NCBI GenBank assembly: GCA_964016885.1
Contig: OZ024753.1
Span: forward strand, 30,566,001 to 30,630,000
Source: Eledone cirrhosa
Lineage: Eukaryota
DNA length: 64,000 bases
Direction of reading: 5' to 3'
Within the stretch, counting starts at the first letter, position 1. The number at the start of each line of letters is the position of its first letter. Positions 54,523 to 64,000 of the stretch are shown here, piece after piece. Under the pieces are notes generated by a model. That model was not told the DNA's origin. It did not search any database and saw only the letters and a list, made by a program, of their open reading frames with translations. Position numbers and translations under genes: made by a program.

Positions 54523-56724
54523 AAAAGGGAAGTAAGGTTCTATACGAAACTGGTTATAGAGAAAAGGTGAAACTGGAAATAGCACGGAAAGTAAAAGAAT
54601 TATCCCTCTCACTTTTTCAATAATGTCACTTTGACGAATCAAAGGGAAAAAAAATGACCCTGATATTGTGTATAATATCGAATGATTCAACCTAATATTG
54701 TTATAGCGCTTTTTGCGAGGCATCGATATTAATGACAGAACCAGGTTTTAAACTTCCCATGAATTACAATTTTCCTCTATTTTCTAAATGGCAGGTCACA
54801 ACAATTTCAATGCCAACACTTATTGAGGAACAAAGAAGAGAAATAATTGATGACGTGTAGAACTCGGGAATTTCATGTAGCATTAAAACGGCTTATTTTA
54901 CTCTCAACTGTCAATACTTTAGATTTGGGATCATGACCAAAACACTTCTTATTCTGTAAAAACATAGAATATTGAAGGCAAACTCCCTTGCAGTAATATG
55001 CTACATCATGATATTCGACTCTTATATATATATATATAAGAACAAAGGAAGTGTGGACCATAACGCACCAGAGTACTCAATATTTAGGGTAGTAGAGTGG
55101 GTAATAGGAAAAGAATCAGGATCCCGACGGCAGCGCTTCGGCCATTTCGACAGCTATATGCGCAATAGACGGCTTTGAAATTATTTCGACCTTATTGTTG
55201 GAAAAACTGCTCAATGATAACAAATACGAAAAAGACTTGTTTCAGGACACACACACATACATGAATAATCATAAGTATTACACGATATGTAACATGTAAA
55301 CATTTTTATGATTTAATACATAAAAAACTGTTGTCTACGTACAGAGACTTAACATCGTTTCTTCTCTGTTTGTTTTTGTAATTATCTATTCCTGTATGAA
55401 TGTTAAAATATATGGTATATTTTATGACAAAACCAAACGAGGCAGAGCCACGTCAGTGACGATTTTTAAGGCCTGTGCGTCTAGTGCGAATATAGCAGGA
55501 AGCTGGACTCTACCAATATACCCAAAACATAGGCTAGAAAATCAACGCTTCTCTTCAAACAAAGTTCTTTGGAATATTTGTTCTGCCTAATCTCTTTGAT
55601 ATCATGCACACCTTGATATCATAAAAGAAGTGCATAACAGAACTAGAAAAAATAGGGGATGGTGAAAGCTGGAATCTTTTCCATCAAAGCTAACATTGTA
55701 CTGACAACGACGAAGAAACCATTCTCTTCCTTACCTTCCCTTTCTAATTTATCCCCTTAATGTTTTTCTGTTTTTGTATGATATTGCGTTAGAATCGATA
55801 TAAGGATTGGAAAATTACCCTAAAGTATTTCTTTACGTCCCTTAATATAGTGAGTTAGTATTTCATCGATATCGAATTTGCATTTCATCGTTTCAGAAGT
55901 TAACATAAAATACCAGTTAAGTATTAGGGTTTCATGTATTACTCACCACCACCCCCTAATCTTGTTTCCTTTGTTTACGTAAAACATCAATATTTCTCAT
56001 TATATATTCATGCAAACATCATGTGATGCGATTCCATGTTCTTTTTCATTCGATTTGCCGTTGCATCAAACTGTTTCACCTATTGATACCCAAATTTCCA
56101 TAATGTCCAGTATTTCTTTATAGCGTTCATAGCTAATTACTTTTCGTTTACCCAGATACGTACATCACGTTACTTACCAGTATCAGATGTATCACTTATG
56201 TTTTTCCCTAATTAGTAACCGGTGAATCACTTATGTAATCCCTCCCATAGTTAATAACCGACAGATCACTGACATTCTCCCAACATCATTTCTCAGTTTT
56301 GTGAAGACCGCTGCATTATTATATTTCCCCGTTTCACATTCTAAACATGTAGAATATTATTAGAGAAGAAATTACTATTCGTATTCTTTTATTTTCTACC
56401 TCCTCTACATATCATATTATTTACCGATGTATCTACATCGCAGTTTTCCGATTTTCAGTCACACAGTAATAGAGAAATAGAAAGAGCACAATCTAACTCA
56501 ATTACCCTTTTACCCTATAATACTTTTCCTTGCTTAAACTTCTCAATATGTGTTCTTGGTGTACTGTAAACACACCTTCGTTGAAATGTGTTAAATACCA
56601 ACATGTTTATAAATGAATCTGCTAACTAACCCCCATGTAATAGGATTCTTAACTTTCATTCTTACATAGACACATAGACACATACATAGAGCGTGTGCGT
56701 GTGTCTCTTTCACGCACACTCACA

Positions 56725-56814
<90 letters not shown>

Positions 56815-56886
56815 TACATACATACATACATACATACATACATACATACATAAAACTTTGTGAAATTATAAAACCAGAACATACAT

Positions 56887-57340
56887 GGTGGCTGCCAACT
56901 CGTTTTCGAGTACGGCCACTACTTTATATCCATGTAGGAGAACCCCTACTGATGCGCTGAACGAGTGTGACTTTTTAGTCCAGCCAGCGACTTGAAAACT
57001 CTGGTACAAAGACTACACTTGTGACAATTATTGACACAGTGTTGGGCCCATGGTACCATGTGACCACAAGTGCAGAGAGATCTCCAGATATAAAGCAATG
57101 CCTGTGCCGTGAAGCTTTTATAGTGAGCAAAGGCACTGCACAAAGCCAGTCCCACTCTCTTAACCAAGATGATATTTACCAAAAAGAAGAACAAGTCAAC
57201 ATCATTGGATACCATCAGGGTTGCAGGTGTTATATCAGAGTTTTCCTTCTCCTAGAATTCTGCCTTGACAAAGGCTAAGGGGTCATCTCTCCCGGTGATT
57301 TTGGATGGCCATTGACTCTGAAGAGCTCCTTTGCCCTTTG
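56887..57340 (-). mobile_element. RTE-like element copy 3, 5'-truncated, with 31-bp target-site duplication
   Basis: CTTTGTGAAATTATAAAACCAGAACATACAT at 56856-56886 and 57336-57366. Confidence 0.75.
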
Positions 57341-58815
57341 TGAAATTATAAAACCAGAACATACATACATACATACATACATACATACATACATACATAC
57401 ATACATAACAGAATCGGCAGAGCGTCAGGCGAAATATCTTGTATTTAGTAATGGTTACCCTCCTTTGCGTTTTGAATTCAAATATTCATCCAAAAAATCA
57501 GAGTGGGAGGGAGCAGAGTTATAAATAAATGCCACGAAGCATCATCTCCGTTACTTTAACGATTCCCTTCTCCCAACATCCTAGATACCCTACTTATCGA
57601 CCTACGTCTAAAGTCTGTCTTAAGCTAGAAGGTTCATTTCGCCGGTGCTTATCCCGGTTTCATGGCGTGAAGCGACTGTGAGTACAAAACTTCCCCCTGG
57701 ACAGGACACCAGTCGATCACACGGTTAAACCTCCAGCTATTGCTGGTGCTCATTTTCAGCTGAGTATACTGGAGCAACGTGAAATGAAGTGTTTTGCTCA
57801 AGAACACAACACGCAACCCAGGAATCGAACCCACGACATCATGATCGTAAGTCCAACACCCTTACCACTAGGCCACATGCCTCCACACTTATCGACTACC
57901 GAAGGTTGAAAAGCATGGGATTTGACCGAGCAGACATATGTTTAAAATCATCTAAGTGTGACAATATCGTATGTTTAGAAATATCTACAATTAATGTATT
58001 ATCTCTTTTTATAAGACTGTTAAGTTTGACTTCAGATAGATTTGGCTGCTACTTCTATCATATGGAACGCATGCATAGAACCATCGTCGCTGGTTCAATA
58101 TGTCATCGGCCTTATTATGTTTATCTCGGAGGTCAATAAACTATGGGTTTATCGTCTTCTTATATTTTATATTTCATTTATTGTATCCCTTCAGTAAAAT
58201 AAAACATAAAATGTAACAAAGCTTGGCATTAGGCCAATATGTTACTTTACTCTTGAACTAAGCTGATGAAAATATCTACGTATCTATTCTATCATTCTCA
58301 GATGGATATGCGACGACGGAAGAGAACAGATAAACAATTAGATGAAAGATGATATATGTACATCTGATTAGATAGTATACTGTACACTCATACTTCTGAC
58401 CTGGTTAAAAACAAAAGAAAATAACAAGGAACGTATTGGAAAATATAGCCATATATACAATGTATCTTTCAATTGAATAAGTGACGATGGAAAAGAGCGT
58501 AATATACAATTAGGTGATACACGAAAGAGCATATAAATCTGATTATAAAAGGAAGTAGCGAGCCAGGCTCTATACTTAGCAAACTGCAGTTGATGGAGAA
58601 AGAGCAAAATTGTTTAACATTGCAATTTAGCAGAACATTTTATAAAACCACAGCAATATAGGTTTTGTCTCTGTGTACATAATCGTTTGGAGTATTCTGG
58701 GTCAGGTTCGATAACGAAGCACCGATCGGAGACCTGAGTGAACTCCGCTAAGGGTTCCTAAGAACCAGTTAGGTGGTGTTTTGAAACAGACAGACGAATT
58801 ACACCTGAAATCCAT

Positions 58816-59480
58816 TATTATATAAGGTCTGAGTTCAAATCCCGCCGAGGTTAACTTTGCCTTTCATCTTTACGGGGTCGATAATATAAAGTACCAGTAA
58901 TGTACTGGGTAATTGCTGGCCTTGTGCCAAAAGTAGAAACAATTATTATATAAGGTCGAGGTTAACTTTGCCTTTCATCCTAACGGGGGTCGATAAAATA
59001 AAGTACCAGTAATACACTGGGATAATTGCTGGCCTTGTGCCTATTGTAGAAACAATTATTATATAAGGACGGTGGGTTGGCAGTATCTGTAGAGGGTCGG
59101 ACGCCATGATTTCCAGCACAGTTACGTCCCTTTACGGCCTGAGTTCAAATCCCACCGAGGTTAATTTTGCCTTTCAGACTTACGGAGTCGATAAAATAAA
59201 ATACCAGTAATGCACTGGAATAATTGCTGGCCTTGTGCCAAAAGTAGAACCAATTATTATATAAGGACGGTGGATTGGCAGTATCTGTAGAGGGTTGGAC
59301 GCCATGCTTTGCGGCATATAGTTACGGCCATTTATGTTCTGATTTCAAATCCTGCCGAGGTTAGCTTTGCCTTTCATCCTTACGGAGTCGATAAAATAAA
59401 GTACCAGTAATGTACTATGGTCGATTTAATCGACTTTCCCCACCACCAAAATTGTTGGCCTTGTCTCTAAAGTAGAAACA
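58816..59480 (+). mobile_element. Tandem array of four SINE A copies, variously truncated
   Basis: Each copy is preceded by TTATTATATAAGG. Confidence 0.82.
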
Positions 59481-60092
59481 GTTGTTATACACAGAGCAAA
59501 AGAAAAGTGGGAATTATTTATTGCATTGAAATTATTAAGAATAAACAAAACAGGGATTGACTGAGAGTTCATGAACGAGTTCTATAAATCCCATTGCTAT
59601 TAGAAGTGAAGAATTAAATCTTTCATGTTGCCGTCTTTTGACTGAGAGTGGGGACGAGAGAAAAGTAGTGTTAATTGTTTGTGAGAAAGTAATGAAAATA
59701 TTAAAAAAATTGAAACGAAGGATAGATATAGCAATGATGTGGTGCCGAGAATGAAAGTCACAGAGAGGGGGATAAAGGGAGGGGGATAAAGGGAAAGAGA
59801 GAGGAGAGAGAAAGAGGGGGATAAAGGGAAAGAGAGAGGAGGAGAGAGAAAGAGGGGGATAAAGGGAGAGAGAGAGAGAGGAGGAGAGAGAAAGAGGGGG
59901 ATAAAGGGAGAGAGAGGAGGAGAGAAAGAGGGGGATAAATGGAGAGAAAGGGGTGATAAAGGGAAAGAGAGAGGAGGAGGAGAGATAGATAGATAGGTGA
60001 TGTAAGAGGTCAACAAGGGTGAACAAAGTTGGGAATATAAGAATTCGTGAGGAGATGCATAAAGAGCCAGTGACTACGATATGTTAAAATGT

Positions 60093-60484
60093 AATTGTTT
60101 CTACTTTTGGCACAAGGCCAGCAATTACCCCAGTACATTACTGGTACTTTATTTTATCGACTGCGTAAGAATGAAAGGCAAAGTCAACCTCGGCAGGATT
60201 TGAACTCAGAAGTGAAAGGCCATAACACCTATGCTGCAAAGCATGGCGTCAGACCCTCTACTGATACTGCCAGTCCACCGCCATGTTAAAATATAATATT
60301 ATAAAAAAGACAAATAATTGTTTCTACTTTTGGCACAAGGCCAGCAATTACCCAGTGTTTACTGGTACTTTATTTTATCAACCCCATAAGGATGAAAGGC
60401 AAAGTTAACCTCGGCAGGATTTGAACTCAGAATGGCAAGGGCCGTAACTCTATGCGTCCGACCCTCTACCGATACTGCCAATCC
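60093..60484 (-). mobile_element. Two SINE A copies, each with its own TSD
   Basis: TGTTAAAAT flanks the first copy; AAAGACAAATAAT flanks the second. Confidence 0.8.
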
Positions 60485-61108
60485 AAAGACAAATAATGTT
60501 TTGAAATGTTTGATCACATCATATAACTTATAGAGAAATAAAACAATGGAAGTAAACACAATTATCTTCAAATTTGTTATTGAGTAAACTGCTTGAAATA
60601 TTCTGCTTGAATAACTACAAAGGTAGTCGATCAAAAAATTGATTGATTAAAGGCCTAGGAACTCTATCGGTATTTCAGGCGTAGTGCCATTAAACTGGGT
60701 TTAGAAATAAGTGACTCGCGTGTTAAAGATGGCAGAGCGTTCGTTTTGAGAGAATTCGTTGCCAAGTTTTAGTCTTGTCTTCTTTTGATAAAGTGTCTTC
60801 TACTGGAATAAATGTATGTAATAATCTACAATATGTTGAGTAGCTGCTTAGTACTCATATATATACAAGCATGCATACATATAAATATAAATATATATAT
60901 ATATATACATACGTTCGTACATATATACATACGTTCGTACATATATACATACGTTCGTACATACATACATACATACATACATACATACATACATACGTAC
61001 GTACGTACGTACGTACGTACGTACGTTCGTACATACATACATACACGTTAGTAACTGCCTCACTACAAATCTTGAGAAGCTAGGCTTCACAGGAACAGAA
61101 AGAACACA

Positions 61109-61618
61109 ACTAGTTAGGAAATTACAAGTACATCCATTAATGGAACAGTAAAAATATGTAAAACAATCCCCAAATTTTGCATCTAATAACTGCATATACA
61201 CATGTACAGATACTAAGCATATACACATGCACACACATATAACTCAAAACTTACACAGCCACACATACAACAACATTCATATCTACACATGCATGCATAC
61301 ATAGATATCTACCTAGTTGATGTTGTGTAAATTCCAATGAGAGAGTCTTGTGTCTATGTTAGAAACCGACTCTCTCTCTATTGGCAAAAATTTGTGAAAT
61401 TATAAAACCAGAAGTACATAGATACGTTCATACATACATACGTTCGTACATTCGTACATACACACATATATACATATATACATACGTACATATATACATA
61501 CGTTCGTACATATATACATACGTTCGTACATATATACATACGTTCGTACATATATACATAAGTTCGTACATACATATATACATACATACGCTCGTACATA
61601 TATATATATATGTACATA

Positions 61619-61671
<53 letters not shown>

Positions 61672-62944
61672 TTTCGTACGTACTGAAGAGACACAGATTA
61701 CCTGAGTGCAAGTACACTTACACATACATTCAAACATTAACAAATCCGTTGAACTGTCATGACCAACCGTGTCAACTTGTTAGTAAGTGGCTTGAATTCT
61801 GTGAAGATGTCTATGAAAATATGTTGGATTCAAAATGCTAGGAGCATCTTTTTAGATATATGTATGTACGCCTGTATTTACGTTTACTGATATATAATCA
61901 ATTTTGTGCAAAGTATAAGTATAAATAAAGAGCGGTGTGTATGTGTGTGTATATATATATATATGTGTGTGTGTGTGTAAAAGGTAAACAAAAAAAAAAA
62001 ACCCAAACAAACGGCACAGTGCATGGAAGGAATATATTAATTTAACGCTTGAAATAGCAGGAAGAGAGTCTTAACGTTTCGGAAGCCAGTCCTTCATCAG
62101 AAGAAAAAATGAGAAATTAAAGAAGAAATAAAAAGATTGAGGAGACGGGCAGGGTGGAAACGGAAAAAGATTTTTACGGTTTGTGTTCAAATCCCGCCGA
62201 GGTTAGCTTTGCCTTTCATCCTTTCGGGATCGATAAAATAAAGTACCAGTCATATAATGGGTCGATTTAATCGACTTTCCCTACCCCCAAAGGTTCTGGC
62301 CTTGTACCTAAATCAGAGATCATTATATTAGTACGCAGCTGTATGTATATAATACATTATGAACATACAAATCACCGAATAGTTATATTTGAAATAATTA
62401 TTTGTTATGGTATGTGAAACTTAAACATTATGACTGATTACTGCTGGTGTCTACAAAATGATTGTCGCGATGCAAGTTGTTCACGCAAAGCAACAAAGAG
62501 AAAGTTCACTCCTTGAGTAGCTAAAACACCAGTTTGACAGAAATATCTATCCTAAAACATGTAATTAAATATTTTGTGTAATATATTTGTTAAACAATAA
62601 AAAAAAAAAAAAAATTATGCATGCATGTATGTTCTTCTGGTTTTACAATCTCACACATTTTTGCCAATAGAGAGAGAGAGTCGGTTTCTAACATAGATAC
62701 AAGACTCTCTCATTGGAATTTACACACCATCAACTAGGTAGATATGTGTGCATGTCTGCATGCATGCGTGTGCAGGTATGGATGTTATTGTATGTGTGGA
62801 TGTATATGTTTTGAGTTATATGTGCGAATGGACATATGCTTTGTATCTGTACAAGTGTATATATGCAGTTATTAGATGCAGAATTTTTGGAATGTTTTAC
62901 ATATTTTTACTGTTCGATTAATGGATTGTAATTTCCTAACTAGT
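61109..62944. repeat. Diverged inverted pair of ~310 bp (61109-61420 and 62629-62944)
   Basis: Shared blocks in opposite orientation, e.g. ACTAGTTAGGAAATTACAA and CTATGTTAGAAACCGACTCTCTCTCT. Confidence 0.75.
62069..62104 (-). ncRNA. Candidate minimal hammerhead in a solitary Penelope-type terminal fragment
   Basis: TCTT-CTGATGA-A-GGA-CTGGCT-TCC-GAAA-CG-TT^AAGA; palindromic AACGTT. Confidence 0.55.
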
Positions 62945-63044
62945 CGTGTTATGTATGTATGTATGTATGTATGTATGTATGTATGTATGTATGTATGTAT
63001 GTATGTATGTATGTATGTATGTATGTATGTATGTATGTATGTCA

Positions 63045-63637
63045 GGTCACCAGTTGGTGCTACTGGTAACATGTATCCCAGTACGACCTGTCTCATGGTC
63101 GGGTCGTTGGCGACTAAACTGGCAACCCTACCAAGGTTTCTTGGTGAGGAGGGTGACTTTGGACATCCTGCAGGACTAAAAACAAAACCTGTCAAAGGGC
63201 AAAGGAGCTCTTAAGAGTCAATGGCCACCGGGAGAGATGACCCCTTAGCCTTTGTCAAGGCAGAATTCTAGGAGAAGGAAAACTCTGATATAACACCTGC
63301 AACCCTGATGGTATCCAATGATGTTGACTTGTTCTTCTTTTTGGTAAATATCATCTTGGTTAAGAGAGTGGGACTGGCTTTGTGCAGTGCCTTTGCTCAC
63401 TATAAAAGCTTCACGGCACAGGCATTGCTTTATATCTGGAGATCTCTCTGCACTTGTCGTCACATGGTACCATGGGCCCAGCACTATGTGTCAATAATTG
63501 TCACAAGTGTAGTGTTTGTACCAGAGTTTTCAAGTCGCTGGCTGGACTAAAAGTCACACTCGTTCAGCGCATCGGTAGGGGTTCTCCTACATGGATATAA
63601 AGTAGTGGCCGTACTCGAAAACGAGTTGGCAGCCACC
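63045..63637 (+). mobile_element. RTE-like element copy 4, full length
   Basis: Same ends as copy 1; inserted after (ATGT)n. Confidence 0.7.
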
Positions 63638-63653
63638 ATGTACGTATGTGCGC

Positions 63654-63740
<87 letters not shown>

Positions 63741-63844
63741 GACACATGACGGTATTTCAAATCAGAGAGCTGGAACAAATATCGCTAACTATTATATCCG
63801 ACGTCATAACGACCCTGACAATTCGCTGTCTGATATATATATAT

Positions 63845-64000
63845 ATAGGAAAAAGTATGACCCCGATGGCAGAGCTCAAGCCGTTTCGACGGCTATTTCA
63901 GTCCAGAAATAGCCGTCGAAACGGCTTGAGCTCTGCCGTCGGGGTCATACTTTTTCCTATTAGCCACTCTACTGCCCTAAGTATTGAGTACTCTGGTGCG
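63845..64000. mobile_element. Fold-back element with tail, running off the window end
   Basis: Arms 63845-63899 / 63906-63960 after a TA run. A diverged non-hairpin copy lies in reverse at ~55064-55160. Confidence 0.72.

Noticed and set aside
55560-56560. Possible highly decayed LINE on the minus strand
   Set aside because: Only vague motif hints; cannot be supported without a profile search.
63906-63960. Hammerhead around GTCGAAACGGCT
   Set aside because: No CUGANGA half and no NUH triplet in position.

Overview
Repeat-dense, AT-rich animal DNA. A coleoid cephalopod (Octopus-like) is inferred from microsatellite density and SINE types, not proven. The only clear host coding sequence is the first coding exon (TM1-TM2) of a class A neuropeptide-type GPCR on the minus strand (26043-25798). 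No later exon was recognised, so everything to its left, including a ~13.7 kb 37-bp satellite with higher-order structure, is probably intron. Two unrelated Penelope-like retroelements (RT + GIY-YIG) are each present as head-to-head inverted pairs inserted in (TA)n. The main signal is about ten further short, mutually unrelated fold-back (hairpin) insertions. Most share one architecture: (TA)n, inverted arm, long copy, unique tail, (TA)n. Several carry hammerhead-ribozyme folds that can be paired by eye, including core variants (U3-A8, U4C), and one has a tRNA-like loop. The window also holds two tRNA-derived SINE families, a ~600-bp non-autonomous RTE-like element (4 copies), two hAT-type MITEs with 8-bp TSDs, and Gypsy and CRE-like relics. 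Most ORFs in the supplied track are microsatellite artefacts. All RNA folds are manual and untested.
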